From Anaerolineales bacterium (GTDB taxonomy: Bacteria > Chloroflexota > Anaerolineae > Anaerolineales > UBA11579), in assembly GCA_020059485.1 (NCBI GenBank), contig JAGVCA010000036.1, positions 6,909 to 70,908 on the forward strand: DNA of 64,000 nucleotides. Reading direction: 5' to 3'. Positions 36,169-45,677 of the stretch are shown here, piece after piece. The notes under the pieces are model-generated. The model worked only from the letters and a program-made list of their open reading frames with translations. It did not search any database and was not told the origin of the DNA. Both the position numbers and the translations under genes were made by a program. Numbering within the stretch: the stretch's first letter is position 1; every line of letters starts with the position of its first letter.

Positions 36169-39100
36169 TCATCCTCTAGTCGAATGGTCTCGCGTTCATC
36201 TTCATACTGCGGTAAGGTGCAGGAGAAAGTGCTGCCCTCGCCGGGCACACCGGTGCTCCGCACCCAGATCTTTCCATTGTGCATCTCCACCAGTTCCCGC
36301 ACGATCGGCAGACCCAGCCCGGTGCCGGCAGTCGCCATCACCAGATGGTTCTCGCCGCGGTAGAAACGTTCAAAGATCTTGTCGTGCTCATCCGGGAAGA
36401 TCCCGATCCCCTGGTCGATCACATCGATCTGAACCGAATTATCCACCGGGTACAAGTTTAGTGTCACCGTGCTGTTCTCCGGCGAATATTTGCAGGCATT
36501 GTCCACCAGGTTGGTCACGATCTGGCGGACGCGCTCGGCGTCGCCATACACGCTCGGCAGGTCATCGGGGATGTCCACGACGATCTTTACTGGCCGCTGG
36601 TCATCCTCCGAGCGCTGCTGGATCACACCTAATACCTCCTCGACCACTTCATGCAGGTCGATCGGCTGCATATTGAGGGCTACCTTGCCGGCCTCGATCC
36701 TCGAGACATCCAGCAAGTCGTTCACCAGGACGCTCAGTCGGTCGATATTCGTCTTGATGACATTAACAAACTCCATCTGCTGCGGGTTCAGCTCGCCCGC
36801 CCCGCCCATAAGCAGGAACTCGACATACCCCTTGATCGGTGTCATCGGCGTGCGCAGCTCATGGCTGACCGTGGCAACGAACTCTGACTTCAATCGGTCA
36901 ACCTCCACCTGGTGGGTGATATCCCGGAAGATCGAGATCGTCCCCAGGAATTCCTGCCGGTCGGAGACCGGGGAGAGGTGGACTGACAGCACTCGCCCAT
37001 CTTCCAGATACAACCGCTCCTGGTACATCTCGGCGTCCTCGGGCTGATGCGGGCTGACCGACCATACCCGGATCGTATCCATCCAGGCCCGCGCCGCGCC
37101 GCCGAACAGGCCGACAAATTCATCCAGCGATTTACCCATGACCTGTACCCGTGCCAGGTCCAGCATCTTCTCGGCGGCAGCATTGAACAGTGTGATGACG
37201 TTCTGACTGTCGGTCACCAGCACCCCATCACCCACCCCTTCCAGCATAGCCGTCGAACGGCTGAACTCGATCTGCTGCGCTCGCAGCATATTGCCAAGAT
37301 CTTCAGCCTGGTCGCGGATCAGTTGGAACAATTCGCCGTTGTTGATCGTGACCGCGAACTGGTTGGCAGCCGCCTGGATCGGGTCTGCCAATCCATGCTT
37401 GAAATGGTTCGGCTGGCGGTGGAAGAGCATCAAACAGCCGAGCACATCCTGTCCGACGATCAGTGGAGTGGCGATCGTGCTGCGGTATACCTGGTTCAGG
37501 CCGTGTTTTTGCTGCCAGACACTATCGGTCAGCAGATCATCGATTACCAGCGGGCGTTGCTGCTTAAACAACCAACCGGCGATCCCTTCCTTCTGCGTCA
37601 ATTTGGATGCCGTCCCATCCATCGGCGGCGATTCATGGATCCCGGCGCCGGCCCGGAACAGCAAGCTCGGCGTTCCCAGCTGGGAAATGTAGATATTGCA
37701 TTGTTCTGCCCCCGCCGCCTCACACAGCATCTCCAGCGACCGGTTGAGCACCATGTTCAGGTCCAGGCTGGAAGACAGCTCTGAACTGATCTTCAGCAGG
37801 ATCTGGGAGAACTGGTGCTCTTCTGCCAGTTCCTGCGTACGTTCGGCCACGCGCTGCTCCAGGGCTTCGTTGACCCGCCGCGTTTCGGCATACAGCCGGG
37901 CATTTTCCAGCGCCAGGGCAGTCTGCTGAGCGAGGGACTCGATCAGCGCCTGGTCCTCGGCGGTAAAGGCCGCCGCGGTGTTGAAGTTATCCAGCTCGAT
38001 CACGCCCTCCACCTGGTCAGGTGATTTGATCGGGATCAGCAGCATCGATACTGGCAGCCGGCCTCCGGTGGCCTCACGGTATTTCAGCAGGTTATCGGGA
38101 GAAAGATCGAAATCAGTGGCAAAGTCCACCTCGGCGATATTCAGCGTCTCGCCTTTTTGGAACACCCGGCCGATCACCGAGGTATTCATGCGGTGATTGA
38201 TCTCCGTCAGGCGCTCGTTATCATTGTAACCAGCGGCGGCTTCCGTCCGCAGCAGCGCTTCTTCTTCATGCCACATCACCACCCGGACGCCGTGAGCGTG
38301 CGGCAGTACTCGCCGCACCGACCCGACCAACGTATTCAGGTTTTCATTCGGATCCAGGCTGCCCAACTGGCGGCTGAAGTCCAGCAGCAGATTGACTTCC
38401 CGCAGGCGGCGGCGTGTCTCGGTCAGCAGGGTCAGATTTTGCAGTGTCAGCGAAACCTGAGATGAGATCAACTCATAGACCTGCTCATCTTCCAGGGTGA
38501 CATCTCCCAGCGGCACTGTCGAGATCGCCAGCAAAGCGGCATCAACCTTGCCATTCGAAGAGATTGGCAGGGAGATAAACCCGCGCGCACCCAGAGTCTT
38601 CAGCAGCGGCGAATTGCGCCACTCACGGCTGTCCTCCAGGTTGGGCACAAACACCATCTGCCCGCTGTGCAGTGTCTCCCGCAGCGGGTTGCGCTGCCCA
38701 AGCAACGCGCTCGGGTTGGCGTTTGGCGGCATCGGCCCAAACTGCCCGACCAACTGTAAACCGGTTCCGGCCGGTTCAGCCACCAATGCAATATCGAGCT
38801 CCATCTCGGTCAGCATCTGGCTCGCCACCGAGTGCAGCACGGATTGTCGGTCGGGCTGGCGGTTGACATTCTCGGCAATGCCCAGGCCGATCCGGATATT
38901 GCGCGACCGGCGATACAGTTGCTGCAACGCCAGGGTTTGCTCCAGATCCTTTTGCAGCAGGGTAGTTAGCTGCGGGAACTGCTGGGCGGCCAATGCCTCT
39001 GCCTCAGCCTGGCGGATGCGGGTCTCAACCTGGTCGATCTGCTGCCGCAATTCAGCCACTTTGGCGCTCCGCTCCATCACCAGCCCAACATCGGCTGCAA

Positions 39101-42100
39101 ACAATTCCAACATCTCCAGGCGGAGATCCGAAGGGATCATACCGTCCACCGGCACATCCAGCGCGATCAACCCCAGCGGCTGACCATGCCCGTCAGAGAC
39201 CGGCATCAACAACTGGGTACCAGGGATCCAGGCCTCTTCGGTATCCAGCGGAACGGTGAAATCAAACTGCAGGTGCTTTGGCACCAGCGAAAATTGCGCC
39301 TGGCTCTGGTCGTGCGGCACCAGATAAGAACGGCTACGTTGATATTCAGGCAGGATCAACTGCTGGATATTTTCCCAGGGATGGCTGATCTCCGAGACCA
39401 CCTCTGCGTCTGATTTGCTGAAACCCTGCATGGCCGCCGGTTCCAGCATCCGGTACTGCCGGTCATATCTGTAGATCAGCACGACCTCAAACTGGCTGAT
39501 CTGCTGGATGGCATCGGCGAGCAGGTCCAGCGCTTTATCCAGGGGAAGATCCGGCGAAAGTTGCTTGCGGGTCAGGAGCAGGTGGTTGAGCGCTTCGGCC
39601 TGATCACTCAGCAACGAGGTGCGTCGGATAGCCTGCTGGTAGTCCCAGATATTGGAGAGCGCTACCCCGGCCTGCGAGGTCAGGGCCTGGATCAAGTCCT
39701 GGATCGTGGTGTCAAAATGGTCCTTCCGGCGTGAGAACAGGCGCAACACCCCGACAACGTGGCCAAACTTGGTGATCGGTAAGAACATTCCGCTGGCCAT
39801 GCCGTCCACATCCGGCGAAAAAGCATGATTGGCAAAATTATTGACAATCATCGTTTCTTTATGGGTTGCGGCGTGGATATCAAGAGCGGTGATGGTCGGC
39901 GGTGTTATGCCCACCCGCTCCTGGATGATCACCGGGGTCGAGTTGGTGAACTCGTACTGAAAAACCATGATTCCGCCGCTGTCCGCCCCGCTGATCCTCA
40001 TCGCCTCGTTGTGAATGACTCTGAGCAGATTCTCGACATTGTCGGTCACGGCGAACTGGCGGGCTAGCCGGTGAATGGCGCCCATCTCATCGGCGCGTCG
40101 CTGCAGGGTTTCATCGGTCTGGTCGGCCATGCTGGCGCGTTCGACAGAGATCGCCACCTGACTGGCCGCGGTCTCCAGGGTCTGGTAATCGTTCTGGTCG
40201 AACTGGCCGCGGTGCTCACTCCCAACCAGCACTTCCCCCACTCCCCGGCCTCGCACCACCATTGGCACCACCATCAACGAATGGATGTTCGGCAGCATCG
40301 GCTGCAAAGCCCGGTACGGCAGTGGCAGTTCAGCCTCTTCCGGCATATCTTCGCTAAAGAGCGGCTGCAGCGTCTCGGTGACGGTATTCCGGATATTGGC
40401 CTGGGTCGCCAGATGCAGGGAGATCTGACCAATCTTCTCCGGCGCAATCCCAACCGCTGAGCGTTCATGCAGCTGAAGCGTGCCGAGCGTATTGTCCAGC
40501 AGGAAGATCGCCGCCATATCTGCCTGCAGAAAGCGGCTCAACTCCAGCAGGGAGAACTGCAGGGATTCATCGACCGTGGCTTCCGACCCGGCCAGGCTGG
40601 CGATCCGCCGCAGGGCCTCGGCTCGCTGGGCGCGCCGTCGGGCCTGATGGATCAGGTTGGCATTCTCCAGGATCGGGGATACCTGTCCGGCAATGATCCG
40701 CATCAACCGCAGGTCATCCTCATTGAAGCGGGCGCCATCCAACTTGTTGGCGGCCTGTAAATAGCCGAGGCTGCGGCCGGCACTAGTCAGCGGGACCAGC
40801 ACGGTCTCGCGCATGGCACTGGCCTGGGCCAAGGGCGACAGCCCCAGAGCGCCCATCAGCGAATCCGGACCCATATCATCGGTGATGATCACATCACCTT
40901 CCAGCCAGACCCGCTCTCCCGGGCTTTCCGGTTCGATCGTGGTCCGGTAAAGTTCAATAAACGGCTCCGGCAGCCCGTGGAACGGGATCTGGCCTTCCAG
41001 TGAGCGGGTTTGCTCATCGTAGATCAGGAAGCCAAGGATCTCTGCCTCGACCAGCGGAGAGATCGTCTCCAGGATCTGGCCGTACAGCACTTGGGCCGAG
41101 GATGCCGAGCGGCTAACCTGAGCCAGTTCAGCCAGGCCGGCCATCTCCCGGATGCGGAGTTTTTCCTTATTGTGGATGAAGGCATTCTGCAGCGCCACAG
41201 CGGCATGTCCCGAGAGCAGGTCCAGCACTTCCCTGTCCTGATCGGTGAAGGCATCCACACTCTGGGAGGCCAGCTCGATCGTGCCGATCAGCATCCCTCC
41301 AATGCGGAGCGGAATACCCAGGTACGAGCGGATCGGGAACTGCCCCCGGCTAACGGCCGGGCGGGCATCCTGGAATTCAACCACATCCCGCACCAGCAGA
41401 GCTTCACTGCGCGAGGACAGATACCCGGTGTACCCTTTATCCAGTGTGTAATTGACCGCCACCAGGTTTAACCGCCGAATGCCGTCCTCTTCTGTCAGGT
41501 AGCGGTAAGGGGTGAAATCGATAGTCTCGGTATTGAACAGGTTGATCTCCGAGAAATCGGAGGGGATCAACTTTTCAATGCTCTCCAGAATGGTCTCGAT
41601 GGTCGTTTCAAGTTCCAGGCTGGCCGACATCGCCTGACTGATCTCATTGAAGATCGTGACCGCAAAACTGGAAAGCGTATCCTGGCCTTCCTCCGTCCCG
41701 CCAAGATGCGGCCGTTTCAGTGTCACCAGCACCGCCGCCGATTCCTGGTAAGGTACAGCATACGAGACCCCTTCCACCAGGTTGTGGTCCAGATTGAAAC
41801 GGGTCTGCCCCTCACCAGCGCACAGACTGAAGAACGCATCTGCCGGCCGGATGCGGCGAGCCATTCGTTCCAGGTTGGGGTTCTCATTGACAGAAAGACC
41901 AAACCACTCCCGGGCCAGCGGGTTCAGATAGACCACGCGGCCACCGCGCATCACCAGCAAGGTGGCACTCTCATTGACCGGCAGGTTTGGGTCCACCACC
42001 GGCTGCATGTCCTCGCTCACAACCTTGCCTGACCGCCGAGGCAGCCGGCGCAAGGCCAACGGAATGATCCCCAGCAAGCCTATGCCCACCAGGACCAATA

Positions 42101-42140
42101 CCAACCCAACGCCCAAATTCTGTGACAGGACCATCGACAC
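36165..42140 (-). CDS. Multi-GAF (about 8)/PAS sensor histidine kinase, 1991 aa
   Basis: N-terminal TM; repeated GAF motifs (S.LGIPL...GTIEL...FT..D..L..L...AA.ALQNA); PAS; H-box VSHELRTPMTPI; N-box NLVDNACKY; DQGIGI; GTGLGL. Confidence 0.95.
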   Translation of the reverse strand: MSMVLSQNLGVGLVLVLVGIGLLGIIPLALRRLPRRSGKVVSEDMQPVVDPNLPVNESATLLVMRGGRVVYLNPLAREWFGLSVNENPNLERMARRIRPADAFFSLCAGEGQTRFNLDHNLVEGVSYAVPYQESAAVLVTLKRPHLGGTEEGQDTLSSFAVTIFNEISQAMSASLELETTIETILESIEKLIPSDFSEINLFNTETIDFTPYRYLTEEDGIRRLNLVAVNYTLDKGYTGYLSSRSEALLVRDVVEFQDARPAVSRGQFPIRSYLGIPLRIGGMLIGTIELASQSVDAFTDQDREVLDLLSGHAAVALQNAFIHNKEKLRIREMAGLAELAQVSRSASSAQVLYGQILETISPLVEAEILGFLIYDEQTRSLEGQIPFHGLPEPFIELYRTTIEPESPGERVWLEGDVIITDDMGPDSLMGALGLSPLAQASAMRETVLVPLTSAGRSLGYLQAANKLDGARFNEDDLRLMRIIAGQVSPILENANLIHQARRRAQRAEALRRIASLAGSEATVDESLQFSLLELSRFLQADMAAIFLLDNTLGTLQLHERSAVGIAPEKIGQISLHLATQANIRNTVTETLQPLFSEDMPEEAELPLPYRALQPMLPNIHSLMVVPMVVRGRGVGEVLVGSEHRGQFDQNDYQTLETAASQVAISVERASMADQTDETLQRRADEMGAIHRLARQFAVTDNVENLLRVIHNEAMRISGADSGGIMVFQYEFTNSTPVIIQERVGITPPTITALDIHAATHKETMIVNNFANHAFSPDVDGMASGMFLPITKFGHVVGVLRLFSRRKDHFDTTIQDLIQALTSQAGVALSNIWDYQQAIRRTSLLSDQAEALNHLLLTRKQLSPDLPLDKALDLLADAIQQISQFEVVLIYRYDRQYRMLEPAAMQGFSKSDAEVVSEISHPWENIQQLILPEYQRSRSYLVPHDQSQAQFSLVPKHLQFDFTVPLDTEEAWIPGTQLLMPVSDGHGQPLGLIALDVPVDGMIPSDLRLEMLELFAADVGLVMERSAKVAELRQQIDQVETRIRQAEAEALAAQQFPQLTTLLQKDLEQTLALQQLYRRSRNIRIGLGIAENVNRQPDRQSVLHSVASQMLTEMELDIALVAEPAGTGLQLVGQFGPMPPNANPSALLGQRNPLRETLHSGQMVFVPNLEDSREWRNSPLLKTLGARGFISLPISSNGKVDAALLAISTVPLGDVTLEDEQVYELISSQVSLTLQNLTLLTETRRRLREVNLLLDFSRQLGSLDPNENLNTLVGSVRRVLPHAHGVRVVMWHEEEALLRTEAAAGYNDNERLTEINHRMNTSVIGRVFQKGETLNIAEVDFATDFDLSPDNLLKYREATGGRLPVSMLLIPIKSPDQVEGVIELDNFNTAAAFTAEDQALIESLAQQTALALENARLYAETRRVNEALEQRVAERTQELAEEHQFSQILLKISSELSSSLDLNMVLNRSLEMLCEAAGAEQCNIYISQLGTPSLLFRAGAGIHESPPMDGTASKLTQKEGIAGWLFKQQRPLVIDDLLTDSVWQQKHGLNQVYRSTIATPLIVGQDVLGCLMLFHRQPNHFKHGLADPIQAAANQFAVTINNGELFQLIRDQAEDLGNMLRAQQIEFSRSTAMLEGVGDGVLVTDSQNVITLFNAAAEKMLDLARVQVMGKSLDEFVGLFGGAARAWMDTIRVWSVSPHQPEDAEMYQERLYLEDGRVLSVHLSPVSDRQEFLGTISIFRDITHQVEVDRLKSEFVATVSHELRTPMTPIKGYVEFLLMGGAGELNPQQMEFVNVIKTNIDRLSVLVNDLLDVSRIEAGKVALNMQPIDLHEVVEEVLGVIQQRSEDDQRPVKIVVDIPDDLPSVYGDAERVRQIVTNLVDNACKYSPENSTVTLNLYPVDNSVQIDVIDQGIGIFPDEHDKIFERFYRGENHLVMATAGTGLGLPIVRELVEMHNGKIWVRSTGVPGEGSTFSCTLPQYEDERETIRLEDE

Positions 42141-43106
42141 CTACTTCCGCAGTCGTCTCCAGATGGATGTTTTTTCTGGTTTGTTCTCCTCTTTCCGGGC
42201 CGGTTTTTCTGAACCGGTCTGCATCTCCTTGCGCCGTTCTTCTGCCGCCAGTTCGGTGATCTGGCGGATATCGGCGATCGGGAATTCGCCCGGAGTGACC
42301 ACGCCGATCGCGACCGTCATCAGCCCGGTCTGCTCCTGCTCGCCGTCGCCGCTGACCGTTTCGATATAACCGCGCTCACGGTCGATGAAGTTGTAGTGCG
42401 AGAGCACCTGTTCTCTGAAACGGGTCTTGATGCCCTCCTCGATCCGGTCCTGATTCCCATCGGTCGTGATGACCACGAAATTATTGCCGCCGGGATGTCC
42501 GATAAAGTCATCCGGGGACCCTAGTTCATCCACCACCTCACTCAGCAGCAGGGTTGTAAAGCGGATCACATTATCGGCAGCCACAAAGCCGTATACATCC
42601 GCGAACGGTTCAAAATGATTGATCCGGATATCTAGGTATGCCCAGCCCTCCCGGCGGATGATCTGCCGCAACTGGTCTTCGATCAGGCGGCCGGATGGCA
42701 GCCCCGAACGTGGGTCGGTCAGACTTTCGCGCTCGGCCCTGGCGATCGCGTTCTGCACCCTCAGGCGCAGTTCCTCGACATCGAACGGCTTGGTGACATA
42801 GTCGTCCGCGCCCAGTTCCAGGCCCTGCAGCTTGTCGCTGCGTTCATCCTTCTGTGTCAGGAAGATCACCGGGATATGGCTGGTACGGGTGCTGGTGCGC
42901 AGCTGGCGGCAGACCTCATACCCGTCAATATCCGGCAGCATGATATCCAGCACGATCAGGTGCGGCAGGTTTTGCCGGGTCATCTCCAGGGCAGCGCTGC
43001 CCCGGCCAGCCACATCCACCTCAAAACCCTGCCCCCCGAAGTAGATCTTCAACATGTTGGCAATATCGAAATCGTCTTCTACCACCAAAATCCTTGCTTT
43101 TCCCAT
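42141..43106 (-). CDS. Response regulator with degenerate GGDEF domain
   Basis: REC domain (VEDD, LDIMLP, KPF), DPRSGLP, GHPGGNNF in place of GGDEF. Confidence 0.9.
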   Translation of the reverse strand: MGKARILVVEDDFDIANMLKIYFGGQGFEVDVAGRGSAALEMTRQNLPHLIVLDIMLPDIDGYEVCRQLRTSTRTSHIPVIFLTQKDERSDKLQGLELGADDYVTKPFDVEELRLRVQNAIARAERESLTDPRSGLPSGRLIEDQLRQIIRREGWAYLDIRINHFEPFADVYGFVAADNVIRFTTLLLSEVVDELGSPDDFIGHPGGNNFVVITTDGNQDRIEEGIKTRFREQVLSHYNFIDRERGYIETVSGDGEQEQTGLMTVAIGVVTPGEFPIADIRQITELAAEERRKEMQTGSEKPARKEENKPEKTSIWRRLRK

Positions 43107-43121
43107 ACGGCCCTCCAAATA

Positions 43122-44219
43122 CTAGGATGATTGCAGGACAGCCTGTGCACGCAGCCTGGTCCGGTCGATCTGCTCCACGCTGAGGCTCTTCTCAAATGAA
43201 CGGTATCCGCTCAACCTGAACCCGTGTCGCTCCGCAATTGTATCAATTTCCTCCACCTGGCTGAGGGACAGCGCTTTCCCCAGGGTGTAATCCTCAAAAC
43301 GACCCTCCAGGGTCAGGGCGATTGTCTCAGCCTTGCAGGCATAGGCTTTCCCCGTGGGAAAACCGAAATCAAAATGAAAATCTGGCATCCCGGGCACATC
43401 CACGATCCCGCCGTCGATCACCAGCACATCACTTCGGCTGGCGGCCACGTCAGCCGAGACATCCCGCGGCCGGGAGACATCGCATACCACCGCGCCAGGC
43501 CGCAAATGCCTGGAATGGATGATCGTCTCGGTATCGCTGGTCACGGTCAGGATCAGGTTGGCTTTCCGCACATCGTCCACATTCACGGACGGGTGCAGCC
43601 GGGCCCGCGGCCGGCCGCGTTCGATCTCTGCCGCCGTTCGTTCGGTCTTCTCCCAGTCACGCCCGATCAAATACAGATCGGCGACCTTGCCGGCCAGCAG
43701 CTGCGCACACACCTTGCCGATCGCACCTGTCGCTCCGACCACGGCCGCGCTGGCCTGACCGGGTTCAATGTGCATCTCAGCCGCCGCCCGCAGCACGGCT
43801 CTGATCGCGGTCGCCACTGTGTACGAATCCCCGGTCGTCACCGGAATCTCTAACCGCTCGGCGATCGTGATGCCGGCATCCCCGACCACTGAGGTGAACG
43901 CCCCCAGACCGAGCATCCTGGCGCCCAGTTTCTGCGCCATCCGGCCGGTTTGCACGATCTTGTCGTACACCACCGGGACCGGCAGCTGCAGCATCCGACG
44001 CGGGGTGTACGGGCAGGCCACAAACCATCCCTTGACCTCCTTGCCGGTCGCCGCCGACCGGATCCCGGTGATCTCGGAGATATACACCGGAGGGAAGTAG
44101 GTCGAGAAAAAGTCGATCTGCCGGGCGGTCAGCACGCGCCCCAGCAGCGGGAACTTGCGTTCCACATCCCGCTTGGGGTCGATCGGGTGAATGATAAAGG
44201 CAAAGGTATCCATCATCAC
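43122..44219 (-). CDS. Acyl-ACP reductase-like / shikimate-dehydrogenase-like NAD(P)-dependent oxidoreductase
   Basis: FAFIIHP, LGAFTSVV, TTGDSYT, VVGATGAIG, DVSRPRDV, YACKAET (Cys at the position of the AAR catalytic Cys). Confidence 0.75.
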   Translation of the reverse strand: MMMDTFAFIIHPIDPKRDVERKFPLLGRVLTARQIDFFSTYFPPVYISEITGIRSAATGKEVKGWFVACPYTPRRMLQLPVPVVYDKIVQTGRMAQKLGARMLGLGAFTSVVGDAGITIAERLEIPVTTGDSYTVATAIRAVLRAAAEMHIEPGQASAAVVGATGAIGKVCAQLLAGKVADLYLIGRDWEKTERTAAEIERGRPRARLHPSVNVDDVRKANLILTVTSDTETIIHSRHLRPGAVVCDVSRPRDVSADVAASRSDVLVIDGGIVDVPGMPDFHFDFGFPTGKAYACKAETIALTLEGRFEDYTLGKALSLSQVEEIDTIAERHGFRLSGYRSFEKSLSVEQIDRTRLRAQAVLQSS

Positions 44220-45514
44220 CAGGTATCCACTTGGCGCCGGTCGGTGGCGTACAGCTGGCGGTGCAGCTCAGCCGCCGTCAGCTCATGATGATCGCTCTGT
44301 TCGAATTTGACATTCTTGTTAATGACCCGGCGGGAATCAGAGGCCACGATGACCACATCCGATTCGATCGTCCTGGCAGGATGGATGATCACCCCGGCGC
44401 CGATCCGGCAATTGTGTCCCACGCAGCTTCCGAGCACATCCTGCTTGATCTCCCGCAGTTCGCCATTCCCGTCCAGCGCACGCAGCGGCTTGGGCAGCAG
44501 GTTGAAATCGGTGAATGTATTCCCGGCGCCGATGAAGGTATTCCGGCCGATCACGCACATCTGCAGGCAGGTATTTTGGGCCACCATACTGTTTTCCATC
44601 AGTGTGGTCATGAACAGCGCAGCCCGGAACGGCAGGAACGCGCCATCCCCGACCACCGAGAGCATCAACTGGCAGCCCTGCGAAATATTGACATTGTCTC
44701 CGATGACACAGTTCTCGATCACCGTGCCTGCCCCAATGGTCACATTGTTGCCGATGGTGGTTGGGCCGTGGATCACCGCCGTCGGGTCGATCACACAGTT
44801 GCTGCCCACTTCCACCACCCGGGCAGATTCCAGCAGTTGCTTGCCCTGATACATGGCATTGAAGAACACCTGGAGCTTGAATTTCAGGTCACTGTCCAGA
44901 CGCTGTTCAAAACGGGCACCGCGGCCGAACAGACCAAAGACCACATCGGCGACAAAGATATGCACCCACGAATCGATCGCCAGGAAAGCCTTCAGAGGCA
45001 CCTGGTAGGTCAGGTCTCCCTGCTGCGAGGCCATGTAGCTCGGGACGTGGTAATACCCGATCTCGCGGGCTTCCAGGTCGATGATCAGCGGTTCTGGCTC
45101 TTCGTGCGTCGGTCCGTCAGGGAAATACCACAGGTCGGCCAGATACAGCCCGCCGCCCGGCGTATAGGAGGTCGAAAGCGGCAAGGCGTGCTCGCGGAAG
45201 GCCGCATCGGTCGGCAGGAAGGCCGCCCGCGAAGGTTTTTGGCGAGCCTTGGCCTGCTGCAGGAATTCTTCAATATAGATCCGGTCAAAATACAGGTTGT
45301 CGCGGTACACAATACACGCTCTGTCCCCCTCGCGCGGCAGGGTGATCGGGGAGAAGATATCCTCCCAGGCATCCACCTGCCTTTCGCCGTCCACATACGG
45401 GGACAGCAGGTCGCGGTGATGCAGCCAGAGCGGCTTGTTCAGGATTCGCAGGTCCCGGGCATAGTCATTGAACGGGGACAGGTATCGGTGATCTCTCAGG
45501 CTAATTCTGATCAT
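44216..45514 (-). CDS. Hexapeptide-repeat (left-handed beta-helix) protein, GlmU-like architecture
   Basis: LRILNKPL N-terminus; VGSNCVIDPTAVIHGPTTIGNNVTIGAGTVIENCVIGDNV repeats. Confidence 0.8.
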   Translation of the reverse strand: MIRISLRDHRYLSPFNDYARDLRILNKPLWLHHRDLLSPYVDGERQVDAWEDIFSPITLPREGDRACIVYRDNLYFDRIYIEEFLQQAKARQKPSRAAFLPTDAAFREHALPLSTSYTPGGGLYLADLWYFPDGPTHEEPEPLIIDLEAREIGYYHVPSYMASQQGDLTYQVPLKAFLAIDSWVHIFVADVVFGLFGRGARFEQRLDSDLKFKLQVFFNAMYQGKQLLESARVVEVGSNCVIDPTAVIHGPTTIGNNVTIGAGTVIENCVIGDNVNISQGCQLMLSVVGDGAFLPFRAALFMTTLMENSMVAQNTCLQMCVIGRNTFIGAGNTFTDFNLLPKPLRALDGNGELREIKQDVLGSCVGHNCRIGAGVIIHPARTIESDVVIVASDSRRVINKNVKFEQSDHHELTAAELHRQLYATDRRQVDTW

Positions 45515-45677
45515 ACTGTTCTCTTTGCATGTAGCATGCCGAATTTGCAGACCGACTGCCCATCATCGGTCTGCTCTGATTTGAGTATACCTGCCATTCA
45601 TGCCGACAATATGATAATTTCAGGATAGTTCCAAATCACCCCTCAGACGCTCTATCGCCCCCCGGTTCAGCGCCTGG